Below, piece after piece: positions 56,108-64,000 of a DNA stretch of 64,000 nt. Position 1 is the first letter of the stretch, and each line of letters begins with the position of its first letter. Below the pieces are notes generated by a model, which saw only the letters and a list, made by a program, of their open reading frames with translations, searched no databases and had not been told where the DNA came from. A program made the position numbers and the translations under genes. The stretch comes from an uncultured Bacteroidota bacterium (GTDB lineage Bacteria; Bacteroidota; Ignavibacteria; UBA10030; UBA6906): positions 157,760 to 221,759 of the forward strand of contig CAVOYH010000004.1 of the NCBI GenBank assembly GCA_963700635.1, given 5' to 3'.

Positions 56108-56612
56108 ATGCGGATGATTATCGGTTTTGTACTTTTCTGGGTCATTATGATAGGGAATGACGTTGAGTCTCCTCAACGTATCAAAGTCTATTCTCTTGCG
56201 TCGAAAGGATATATCTCAGTGGAAAAGGTCGTAAAGTCGGATGAGGAATGGCGCAAGCAGTTGACGCCGGAACAATATGAAGATTACCCGCGGCCATGGG
56301 ACCGAACGTGCATGTTCGGGGCTTTACTGGGCGAACCACGAAGCCGGTGTCTATTCCTGCGTGTGTTGTGATCTGGAGCTCTTTTCGTCCGGAACAAAAT
56401 TTGATTCCGGAACCGGATGGCCCAGTTTCTGGGGTCCGGTGGCAAAAGAGAATATCCGGTCCGTGACGGACAGAAGTTACGGCATGGCACGGACCGAAAT
56501 TCTGTGTGCCCGGTGTGACGCCCACCTGGGGCACGTGTTCGAAGACGGGCCTGCACCCACAGGACTCCGCTACTGCCTGAACTCTGTGGCATTAACATTC
56601 GCCCCGCGGTAA
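56108..56612 (+). pseudogene. msrB: Peptide-methionine (R)-S-oxide reductase MsrB with N-terminal membrane anchor, interrupted as sequenced by a +1 frame change
   Basis: ORF1 (56108..56371) encodes a TM helix followed by [17 protein letters not shown]2 (56277..56612) encodes [17 protein letters not shown]...CVCC...GWPSFW...[10 protein letters not shown]. The junction is at 56276-56285, and one surplus base separates QY from (K/E)ITRGHGTE. Confidence 0.85.
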
Positions 56613-56661
56613 CGCCCGGTACGCAGTGGTATCCCGCCCTCGCTCCCGGGCCGTAACCACC

Positions 56662-56690
56662 TTGCAACTCTTACCCCTTTGGTGTATCTT
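56662..56690 (+). promoter_or_regulatory. Candidate promoter TTGCAA-N17-TATCTT upstream of the glycosyltransferase/flippase locus
   Basis: -35 at 56662-56667 and -10 at 56685-56690, 44 nt before the TTG start at 56734. Confidence 0.3.
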
Positions 56691-56733
56691 GCCTTGAATC
56701 TGCTGGCTTTTTATGTCTCTCCCGGGTTGACAC

Positions 56734-57720
56734 TTGCAGCGCAAGAAGATACTGTTTACCTCCAGCCTCTCCTCGCCGTTTATTCAGGAAGATCTCAGAC
56801 TCTTGAAGCGGCATTTTGATGTAACGTACGTATGCACTGCCGGTCTCACCGCCCCCTTCAAAATTTTCTCGAAGGTGCGATCCCATGATGTGACATTCAC
56901 ATGGTTTGCATCCGTCTACGCGTTTTTCGCCGTGCTGGCCGGGCGTTTGTTTGGCAAGCGATCGATTGTCGTTATCGGAGGTGCTGACGCGTCAAAGATC
57001 CCGGAGATCCGGTACGGTATCTGGCTCTCCCCCTGGAAGGCCCAGCTGGTGAAGTGGGCGATGCGCCATGCCTATCGTGTGCTGGCGGTCGATCCCTCAT
57101 TACAGAAAGAAGCAGCCCGCCTTGCGCAGTACGGAGGGGGGAATATTGAGTATGTCCCGACGGGCTATGATCCTGAAGTATGGAAACCCTCCGGACCGAA
57201 GGAAGCCTTCGTCCTGACTGTTGCCGGGTGTGACGACCGGTGGCGGATGAAGAAAAAAGGGCTGGACGTATTATTTGATGCAGCGGGAGCCTGTTCGGAT
57301 GTACGTTTTGTTGTCGTGGGGATTCGCTCTGAGCTGATCAAGGAAATCCGCGAGTCTGTTCCGTCAAATGTTGAGCTGATCCCGTATCTGAGTCAGACTG
57401 ACCTCCTGGCATACTACCAGCGTGCGGCCGTATATTGCCAGCCTTCTTATACGGAGGGCTTGCCCAACAGTCTTTGTGAAGCCATGCTGTGTGAATGTGT
57501 TCCGGTGGGGACAATTGCTGGAGGCATTCCCACGGCCATCAATGATCGTGGCTACCTTGTCCCGTATGGAGATCCAGCTGTTCTGGCTGGTGCGATCCGG
57601 GAGGCATTGCAGGCGTCAGCGGGTGCGGGTAAACGGGCGCGGGAGTTCATCAGCGAGACGTTTACGCTGGAGAGAAGGGAATTGGCGTTGAACCGGGTGA
57701 TAGGGGAGGCAACGCGGTGA
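56734..57720 (+). CDS. Glycosyltransferase family 4 (GT-B)
   Basis: TTG start. C-terminal YCQPSYTEGLPNSLCEAMLCECVPVGT is the GT4 EX7E-type block. Confidence 0.8.
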   Translation: MQRKKILFTSSLSSPFIQEDLRLLKRHFDVTYVCTAGLTAPFKIFSKVRSHDVTFTWFASVYAFFAVLAGRLFGKRSIVVIGGADASKIPEIRYGIWLSPWKAQLVKWAMRHAYRVLAVDPSLQKEAARLAQYGGGNIEYVPTGYDPEVWKPSGPKEAFVLTVAGCDDRWRMKKKGLDVLFDAAGACSDVRFVVVGIRSELIKEIRESVPSNVELIPYLSQTDLLAYYQRAAVYCQPSYTEGLPNSLCEAMLCECVPVGTIAGGIPTAINDRGYLVPYGDPAVLAGAIREALQASAGAGKRAREFISETFTLERRELALNRVIGEATR

Positions 57721-57733
57721 TGGTGTCTGGGAT

Positions 57734-59137
57734 ATGAAACGACCGCTCCGCAACATAGCTTCACTCTTTGCTGGTGATGTTGCCAGCCGCGGGGTTGGTT
57801 TTCTTGTTACCGTCTATCTTGCCCGGGTCCTCGAGCCTGCGGGGTTTGGGCTTGTGAGTGTAGGCATGGCTCTGCTGGGACACCTGCAGATGCTCTCGAG
57901 TCCGGGCGTGCAGCTTGTAGAGACACGGAACGCCGCCCGTCCGGGCGGGATGGACGCCAGACGTTTCGGCGGCGTCCTCACACTACGCCTTGTGCTGTCG
58001 GCGATGCTGTTTGTCACCGCGGCTGTTGTCTTGTTCAGCATTCCGTATGATCCCGCCTTCCGTGCTGTAGTCCTCTGGAGTCTGGCCTCTCTGTTTCCTC
58101 TTGCCGTTGCCACAGACTGGTATTTGCAGGGGCACGAACGTATGGGCCCGGTTGCCCTCGCCCGATTTGTGGGCTACTGTTTTTACGGACTGGTTGCCTG
58201 GATGCTCGTCCGCTCCACAGACGACGTCACGATGGCTCCCGCAGCGTTTTTTCTGGGAAGTATCGTTACGTCGGGGATGCTCTGGAACGCTGCCGTGTCC
58301 CGGCGTTCTCCCCTCCGGCTGACCTGGGATCGGAAGCTCTGGGTGCAGGTACTGCGTGAAAACATCGCCGTCGGCGGCGCAATGTTTGTCGGGCAGATGG
58401 TCATCAACCTCCCTCCCGTGGTGATTGCGGCAACATGGAGTACCGCAGATGCCGGACTTTATAACGCTGCCATGAAGCTTGTGTTTTTGCTTCTGATTGC
58501 CGACCGTGTTCTCAATGCGATTCTCCTTCCGGCGCTGACAAGGGTTCGCAACACAAAACCAGCCGAGCTGGAGAACCTGGTGACAATCACGACAAAACTC
58601 GTGCTCGCGGGTATCGTCTGTATCATTCTTCTCGGAAATCTCCTCGCGCCATGGGGAGTCCATCTTGTGTACGGTCAGGCCTATGAAGGTGCCGGACTGG
58701 TGTTCCGCATCCTCCTTTTGTATGTTGGACTTACGCTTATCAATTCTGTTGCATCAAATGTCCTGCTTGCGGCCGGGCAGGAGCGTGTGTACAGCGGAAT
58801 CCTGGTGCGGGGATCTCTCGTCCTTGTGGTGGCCATGGTTGTCCTCACGCCGCTCTTCGGGATCGTGGGGACTGCGGCCGGAGCCGTGATCGGGGAACTG
58901 GTTACTGTAATACTGATGGCCCGGCGGGCGAGATCCGAGGGGCTTTTCCCGCGAATCGGTGTGATCGCCGCTCCTCTCCTTGCCGGCTCAGTCGCCGCGG
59001 CTGCCGGATGGATGACATGGCCGGTTTCGGGATTTCTCTCTGTGGGTGCAACGGGTGTCATATTTATAGGACTCCTGATACTTTTTAGAGTGTTTAAGAG
59101 TGAAGATTTTGTGTACATGAAGGACCGACTCGTCTGA
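57734..59137 (+). CDS. Polysaccharide/oligosaccharide flippase (Wzx-like, MOP superfamily)
   Basis: 467 aa with about 12-14 TM segments. N-terminal NIASLFAGDVASRGVGFLVTVYLARVL is typical of Wzx-type exporters. Confidence 0.8.
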   Translation: MKRPLRNIASLFAGDVASRGVGFLVTVYLARVLEPAGFGLVSVGMALLGHLQMLSSPGVQLVETRNAARPGGMDARRFGGVLTLRLVLSAMLFVTAAVVLFSIPYDPAFRAVVLWSLASLFPLAVATDWYLQGHERMGPVALARFVGYCFYGLVAWMLVRSTDDVTMAPAAFFLGSIVTSGMLWNAAVSRRSPLRLTWDRKLWVQVLRENIAVGGAMFVGQMVINLPPVVIAATWSTADAGLYNAAMKLVFLLLIADRVLNAILLPALTRVRNTKPAELENLVTITTKLVLAGIVCIILLGNLLAPWGVHLVYGQAYEGAGLVFRILLLYVGLTLINSVASNVLLAAGQERVYSGILVRGSLVLVVAMVVLTPLFGIVGTAAGAVIGELVTVILMARRARSEGLFPRIGVIAAPLLAGSVAAAAGWMTWPVSGFLSVGATGVIFIGLLILFRVFKSEDFVYMKDRLV

Positions 59138-59214
59138 ACATCCTCGCAGGTCTTACACGGCGTTCCCGTACATGGGAGCAGGTACTCACGAGAGAGGGAT
59201 TCCCCTGGCGCTCT

Positions 59215-60690
59215 GTGAATCTTTCGGATGGGGAGGGGGTGCCGGAGTGCAGCCTGCTGATTGTGACACACACACTGGATGCAACCGAGCGGGATACCAT
59301 TGAACAGTACCTCCGGAGTGGAGGGGCCATCCTGGCGTATGCCCGCCATGTGGCGGGTGTCGGGGGTACAAGTGTGCGTCGTGAGCGGCTCCATTATATT
59401 CTTTCCGAGGGTGATCCGGTGTTTCCATCCATCCGGGTCATAGATCTTGGGTGCGAAGGCCATATCCCCCGGGAGGCAAATCATCTCCGCACGCATCAGA
59501 ACCAGCACGCCATATTTGCCGGCCCGCTGCTGGGCGGTTCGGCCGTCCTCCTCCCGTTTGATGTGCAACGGGTGCTTACAGACGTCCGGACGACGAACAA
59601 AGCATTTTATTCGCGCCGGGACCGCCTGCCAACAGAGCGTGTGTCACTTGTGTCACGGGGAGAGATATTCCAGCTCTGTCATCATGCGTTCGAGTACCTG
59701 CATCATTCCCGGTCGTTGCCGTATGTTCACCTCTGGTATTTCCCGGAAACGGCTGGAAATGTGCTGGCATTTCGTATTGATACAGATGGCGCGGCCCGGC
59801 ATGATATCGATGCTCTCTACAGCGTTCTCCGGAACGCTCAGACCGAGGGAACCTGGTTTCTGGATGTGGCCGCGCATGAGCCCTGGCTTCCGCATTTTTC
59901 GACCCTGGCGGGACAGGAGCTGGCCCTTCACTGTTACGAACACCGCATTGAAGCGGACCCCGGGCGTCAGGCCGCACAGTGGGGTCGTGCACTCGCGATG
60001 ATGCGGCAGGCAGGTTTTGCCCCGCACGGCGTTGCGGCTCCGTTCGGAACGTGGACTCCGGCGCTGGGGAAGGTCATCGATGGGCTTGGCCTGTTATACT
60101 CTTCCGAGTTTTCGTATGCCTACGATACACTTCCTCTTCTTGCCGAGGCAGACGATCGGATCTACCGTACGCTTCAAGTGCCGGTGCATCCGATCAGCAT
60201 CGGAAGTCTCCGCCGGGCAGGAGCGACCTCACGGCAGATGATTGACTACTACAGATCGACGATTGACGCGCACTGGGCCCGGAATATTCCGCTTGTGTTT
60301 TACCATCACCCGGGACACCGGCACTGGGAGGTTGTTGAGGCGCTGCTGGAGTACGGGCAAACGTTCAATGTGTCACGGATGCGTCTGGGTCAAGTGGCGC
60401 AATGGTGGATGGCCCGCGGGCAGCTGGAAGCACGATTTGAAGTCCGGGAGAGCGTGTTACAGGTGGCCAATGCTGATGCTCTGGCCGAAGCGCGTATTGG
60501 AATCAGGGTCGCGCTAACGGAGGAACATTCGCTCGTGCTCCGACCCGCCGCGACCATTCTTCTGGACTCGCGTGAACAGCTTGTCCGGGCGCAGGTGCAG
60601 GTCCCTGATGACCTTCACCGGATCCGGGCTGCAGATCCGCGGCGCGTGCTCGGAGATCTTTACACAGCAATGCTCAGGAGGTTGAAGTGA
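59215..60690 (+). CDS. Two-domain protein with a NodB/CE4-like polysaccharide-deacetylase-fold C-terminal half
   Basis: AFRIDTDGA and ELALHCYEHR resemble NodB motifs 1 and 2. The frame is open from 59104 and encodes a plausible extension (NILAGLTRRSRTWEQVLTREGFPWRS) that has no ATG/GTG/TTG. The true start may therefore be CTG 59134 or may be obscured by a sequence error. Confidence 0.5.
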   Translation: MNLSDGEGVPECSLLIVTHTLDATERDTIEQYLRSGGAILAYARHVAGVGGTSVRRERLHYILSEGDPVFPSIRVIDLGCEGHIPREANHLRTHQNQHAIFAGPLLGGSAVLLPFDVQRVLTDVRTTNKAFYSRRDRLPTERVSLVSRGEIFQLCHHAFEYLHHSRSLPYVHLWYFPETAGNVLAFRIDTDGAARHDIDALYSVLRNAQTEGTWFLDVAAHEPWLPHFSTLAGQELALHCYEHRIEADPGRQAAQWGRALAMMRQAGFAPHGVAAPFGTWTPALGKVIDGLGLLYSSEFSYAYDTLPLLAEADDRIYRTLQVPVHPISIGSLRRAGATSRQMIDYYRSTIDAHWARNIPLVFYHHPGHRHWEVVEALLEYGQTFNVSRMRLGQVAQWWMARGQLEARFEVRESVLQVANADALAEARIGIRVALTEEHSLVLRPAATILLDSREQLVRAQVQVPDDLHRIRAADPRRVLGDLYTAMLRRLK

Positions 60691-61721
60691 CGGTCCACGT
60701 TGCGGGATATCAGGCGGTCTCCATATTACACGGCGGGCCCCGGACACAGATAGACGAAACGGTACGGCATCTGGAGGGTCTGGGGGTTAACACGGCCCTG
60801 TTTGATCCCTGGAAGCCCTTCCGTCCGGCGCCGGACGACATTGTTCATATGTTCGCTGCGAACATCGGGACATACCACCTGGCCCGGGAGATCAGGGCGC
60901 TGGGTGTTCCGCTCGTTGTGTCACCCATTACCTACAGCCGCCATTCTCCCCGATTTATCCGAAACGTGCTGCGCACCACCCGGGTGATCCAGAAAAAGGC
61001 ACGGGGAGTCTGGACGGATTACGGTCTCTGTGCGGAAATCTGTTCGTGGGCAGCCAGAGTCATGCCCAACACGCAGGCAGAAGCAGATCTGCTCGTGCGC
61101 GGTTATGGCGTTCCGGAGGGGAAGGTGCGTGTGGTCCCCAACGGCGTCCATGAACGATTTCTTGACGCCGATCCGAAAACCTTTGAAAAGGCATACGGGT
61201 TAAAGGGTTTTATCTTGAACGTCGGGCACACGGGGCATACACGGAAGAACGTGCTGCGACTTATTAAAGCACTCGGGCCGCTTGGCCATCCGGCGGTGAT
61301 CATCGGACGGATTATCAAGAGTCCGTACGGGGACGCCTGTGTCCGCGAGGCCGCCCGGTACAAACACATCCTGCTCATTGACGGGTTGGAGAACAATTCT
61401 GCCATGCTTGCTTCGGCATACGCGGCGTGTGATGTGTTTGTGCTTCCTTCCTTATTCGAGACGCCGGGCATCGCCGCTCTTGAGGCCGGCCTTGCCGGAG
61501 CAAAGGTGGTGATCACTCCCCATGGAGGGACCCGTGAGTATTTTGGGGATCTGGCCCGGTATGTCGATCCGTTGAGCGAAGATTCAATCCGGCAGGGGAT
61601 TCAGGAAGTGTTGAGCATGACAAAAGACGAGCGGCTCAGACGTCACATCGCCGGCCACTATCTCTGGCGGCACGTTGCGGAAAAGACTGCAGCGGTGTAT
61701 CGGGAAATTATGTCCCGTTGA
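60687..61721 (+). CDS. Glycosyltransferase family 4 (GT-B)
   Basis: GTG start overlapping the upstream stop by 4 nt. VFVLPSLFETPGIAALEAGLAGAKVVITPHGGTREYFG. Confidence 0.85.
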   Translation: MTVHVAGYQAVSILHGGPRTQIDETVRHLEGLGVNTALFDPWKPFRPAPDDIVHMFAANIGTYHLAREIRALGVPLVVSPITYSRHSPRFIRNVLRTTRVIQKKARGVWTDYGLCAEICSWAARVMPNTQAEADLLVRGYGVPEGKVRVVPNGVHERFLDADPKTFEKAYGLKGFILNVGHTGHTRKNVLRLIKALGPLGHPAVIIGRIIKSPYGDACVREAARYKHILLIDGLENNSAMLASAYAACDVFVLPSLFETPGIAALEAGLAGAKVVITPHGGTREYFGDLARYVDPLSEDSIRQGIQEVLSMTKDERLRRHIAGHYLWRHVAEKTAAVYREIMSR

Positions 61722-61736
61722 TGACTTGCAGAAAAT

Positions 61737-62180
61737 CTAATCAGCAGGCAGAGGTTCCCAGAGTAGTTCGATGTCTGTACCGCTCAGCACGCCGATCTGG
61801 ATATCGTACCGTTCCTCCTGAATGGTAATCGTTCCCCATCCGGGCATGACATAGGAATTGCCCGGTCCGGCCCGCTGGAATCGCAGGACAATTCCCGTAC
61901 CGAAGTCCACCGTAATCCAATCCTCTCCCTGAGCCACAGCTCTCCCTTGATCGGCAGTTGAAACCCGAAGGTAGCGGTGTCCGTCCTTCTTGAATGGCCC
62001 TTTGTCGTCCAGCGGTTCCAGAATCCCGACAGACCGGAATTCCGTATCGACGGCAATGTGGAACACACAATCTGTCAGATTGCGGGTCATCCGGACTTCG
62101 TCAGTGAACGGTGCGTATGATGGAGCACAGCCGGAGATCATCAGCGCAAGGATCAGGGGGAGCGAGTGTCTTCTCTTCAT
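61737..62180 (-). CDS. Small lipoprotein, function unknown
   Basis: 147 aa. Signal peptide with lipobox LMISGC. Beta-rich body. Confidence 0.6.
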   Translation of the reverse strand: MKRRHSLPLILALMISGCAPSYAPFTDEVRMTRNLTDCVFHIAVDTEFRSVGILEPLDDKGPFKKDGHRYLRVSTADQGRAVAQGEDWITVDFGTGIVLRFQRAGPGNSYVMPGWGTITIQEERYDIQIGVLSGTDIELLWEPLPAD

Positions 62181-62191
62181 GGGAGTTGAGA

Positions 62192-62920
62192 TTATGGTTG
62201 AGAGTGATCGTGGGGGACCGGGTGGGCATCGGCGGCCATTGTGGCGGCAAGTTCATGGCCGAGATATCGGTCCACTCCGGCATGGACGAGATAGAGAATC
62301 GGCGTGATTCCCACAGCGATAAGAAATTTATAGATGTAGTTTGTGGTGCCTATGCCCAGAATCTGCATGGCGGATAATGGGCCGAGGAATGCTATGTAGA
62401 GGACGACGAATGAGTCGACCAATTGTGAGACAACGGTTGATCCGGTCGCCCGGAGCCAGAGCATCTTTCCTCCTGTCCGGCGCCGGAGATAGTGAAAGAC
62501 ATAAATATCCACAAATTGTCCGATGAGGTATGCGGTGAGCGAACCAACAATGATCCGGGCCGAGACCCCGAAGACGGAATTAAACGCTTCATGTGATACC
62601 GGCGATATGGCCGCAGCCGGTATGGACATTTCAATCTGAAGGAGCACCAGGGCGAACAGGACCATTGCCATTCCCAGCAGGGTGATAAACCGTATGCCCC
62701 TGCGCCCGTAATATTCGTTAATAATATCGGTCACGATGAAGGTGATGGGAAAGGGGATCACGCCCATCGTGAGGATAAAATCCAGTTCGCCCCAGAGGGT
62801 GATCTGGATGAGTTTTCCACCGGTTATCTCCGCCAGCAGCAGGGCGGTGAGAAAAACACTTCCGAGAATAGTGAAGAGCGTGACGCGTTTGTCCATGAGC
62901 GAGCGGTTCCGAAAATGCAT
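62192..62920 (-). CDS. yhhQ: Queuosine-precursor transporter (YhhQ / DUF165 / VUT family)
   Basis: 242 aa, multi-TM. GVIPFPITFIVTDIINEYYGRRG and SQLVDSFVVLYIAF blocks are typical of YhhQ. Confidence 0.85.
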   Translation of the reverse strand: MHFRNRSLMDKRVTLFTILGSVFLTALLLAEITGGKLIQITLWGELDFILTMGVIPFPITFIVTDIINEYYGRRGIRFITLLGMAMVLFALVLLQIEMSIPAAAISPVSHEAFNSVFGVSARIIVGSLTAYLIGQFVDIYVFHYLRRRTGGKMLWLRATGSTVVSQLVDSFVVLYIAFLGPLSAMQILGIGTTNYIYKFLIAVGITPILYLVHAGVDRYLGHELAATMAADAHPVPHDHSQP

Positions 62921-63156
62921 CTAGTCAATTGTACTAAGATACAAAATCTCCGGTTAATTCGTAATCATTCCATCCTCTATGCTTCCTGTTCTCAGGATGC
63001 CATAGCCGGCATGATCGGGCGACACGGGGGTGCCTCTGAAAACCCATAGGGAGACCCGCGCGACGGTGTACAGTATCATGTCCTGCGGGAATATTGATTT
63101 TTTTCATGGAAATGCTTTGATTGAGGGCATATTGAATTGTTCTTTTCGAGAGCCCC

Positions 63157-64000
63157 GTGAAGGTGCATACAGCTTTCGTTGTTTTTCTGCTCTCTCTGGG
63201 TATGCTGGTCCCACTTGCGATCGGCCTGAGGGGATGCAGCTACTACGCTACTGGAGTCGCGGATCGGCCTTTCCATTCGCAGTACGAAGCTCTTAAACCT
63301 TCAGGCACCGAAAGCCACGGATATGGAATCGTCGGTTCACTTCTGATTATTACTGGAGTCACGTCGTACTCCTCCCGCAAACGATGGCGGCTGCTCCGCA
63401 CAGCTGGCTCGCTTCGCACCTTCCTTGAAGTCCACATTTTTCTCTGCCTTCTCGGTCCCACGCTTGTCCTGTACCATACAACATTTAAATTCGGCGGACT
63501 GATCGCCGTTGGGACCTGGAGCATGCTGGCCGTCGTCGCCAGCGGTGTAATCGGCCGGTATTTATACACCCAGATACCGAAAACGCTGCAGGGTCACGAA
63601 ATGACTGTCGAGGAACTTGGCCGGGAGACCGATCGACTCAAGCAACAAATCGAGATCCAATCCGGTCTTTCGGCCGTTGAACTCGATCGACTGGATACCC
63701 TCCTCATTGCACCTGTTGGCGTCCGTCCGGAGAGCGTATTCACAACCCTTGGCCGCACGCTTGTCTTCGACCTGACAAAATACCGACGGCTACGTGTGTT
63801 CCGGGCTGAATTGAAGCATCGTATTGCCGGTCGTGCGATTGCCGATCTTGAAAGGACAGCCCTGCGCCGCGTCAATCTCCGTCGCCGCCTGGCCTTGCTC
63901 GAACACTCCCGCAAGCTATTTCATCTCTGGCATGTTATTCACCTCCCATTCACGATTGTTCTGTTCGTGATCCTTCTCGTGCACGTGGCAGTTGCCCTGG
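63157..64000 (+). CDS. Multi-TM membrane protein with conserved-looking histidines, function unknown (3' end outside window)
   Basis: This frame is open from 63136 to the window end. Candidate GTG starts at 63157 and 63163. TM segments include FLEVHIFLCLLGPTLVLYHTTF and LFHLWHVIHLPFTIVLFVILLVHV. It is absent from the ORF track, probably because it has no stop in the window. Confidence 0.5.
   Translation, partial: MKVHTAFVVFLLSLGMLVPLAIGLRGCSYYATGVADRPFHSQYEALKPSGTESHGYGIVGSLLIITGVTSYSSRKRWRLLRTAGSLRTFLEVHIFLCLLGPTLVLYHTTFKFGGLIAVGTWSMLAVVASGVIGRYLYTQIPKTLQGHEMTVEELGRETDRLKQQIEIQSGLSAVELDRLDTLLIAPVGVRPESVFTTLGRTLVFDLTKYRRLRVFRAELKHRIAGRAIADLERTALRRVNLRRRLALLEHSRKLFHLWHVIHLPFTIVLFVILLVHVAVAL

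Noticed and set aside
10450-56612. Programmed +1 ribosomal frameshifting (prfB-like) as the explanation for the four split genes.
   Set aside because: The four sites share no slippery or stop-codon context and have no upstream SD-like stimulator. The genes are unrelated and are not known to be recoded. A uniform single-base-insertion pattern is better explained by sequence error.
62921-63156. Possible preQ1 riboswitch in the 236-nt divergent region upstream of yhhQ (the queuosine-precursor transporter). queA is also in this window.
   Set aside because: I read the minus-strand leader and found no preQ1-I-like stem followed by an A-rich ..AAAAAACUA tail. A plausible TTACGA-N17-TATCTT promoter sits only about 15 nt before the ATG, which leaves no room for an aptamer. 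An Infernal scan would be decisive.
63030-63296. 88-aa ORF in the yhhQ-downstream intergenic region, and the 102-aa ORF at 48237..48545.
   Set aside because: Both overlap, in a different frame, ORFs with much better support. 63030..63296 overlaps the multi-TM protein that runs to the window end. 48237..48545 overlaps the DUF5989 gene with its diagnostic APFIYTLF end.
1-64000. CRISPR arrays, transposases or IS elements, integrases, prophage genes, toxin-antitoxin pairs and recognisable defence systems.
   Set aside because: I saw no direct-repeat/spacer periodicity, no terminal inverted repeats flanking an ORF, and no ORF with transposase, integrase, nuclease-NTPase or defence-type motifs. The window reads as conserved core chromosome.

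Overview
GC-rich (high-50s % by eye, not computed) core-chromosome segment of a Gram-negative bacterium. It carries about 55 protein genes and one tRNA. I found no rRNA, CRISPR array, transposase, integrase or phage genes. LpxB/LpxK, a GWxTD protein, an Omp85, PPDK and an H+-PPase suggest an FCB-type lineage (Chlorobi/Ignavibacteria/Rhodothermus-like), but that is low-confidence inference.

Gene order:
- smc (5'-truncated), lpxB, lpxK, ppdK
- queA, an APC-like permease, ispD
- plsY, gpsA
- minus-strand operon: NSS transporter, small subunit, hppA
- dedA, recG
- a four-gene ATP-grasp x2 / GNAT / kamA operon
- a 12-gene run from dnaG to yraN (GT9, DUF3108, CPBP, cdsA, rimO, GWxTD, Omp85, rnhB)
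- cstA and a 2-hydroxyacid dehydrogenase
- carB with an SxtI/J/K-like carbamoyltransferase trio
- an alpha/beta hydrolase, an M20 dipeptidase and a glycosyltransferase
- tRNA-His, hisS, hutH, an aldo/keto reductase, msrB
- a small polysaccharide locus (GT4, flippase, NodB-like, GT4), a lipoprotein, yhhQ, and a 3'-truncated membrane protein

Most interesting observations:
1. An autonomous operon of two paralogous Ddl-like ATP-grasp ligases, a GNAT and lysine 2,3-aminomutase. I cannot match it to a characterised beta-lysine pathway.
2. A tRNA-His that lacks the encoded G-1/C73 identity pair (it has G1:U72 and A73). It sits directly in front of a long, divergent hisS, which resembles the Caulobacter-type orthogonal His system.
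3. carB apparently co-transcribed with an SxtI/SxtJ/SxtK-like carbamoyltransferase trio.
4. An untracked 46-aa MetS-like ORF that is ATGA-coupled to the NSS transporter and lies upstream of a K+-independent H+-PPase.
5. Four housekeeping genes (queA, plsY, hisS, msrB) each broken by a single extra base. This most likely reflects insertion-type sequencing error rather than real pseudogenes.
6. A recurrent TTGnnn-N17-TATATT promoter-like motif that partitions the window into transcription units.

All family assignments come from reading motifs by eye; no database search was run.
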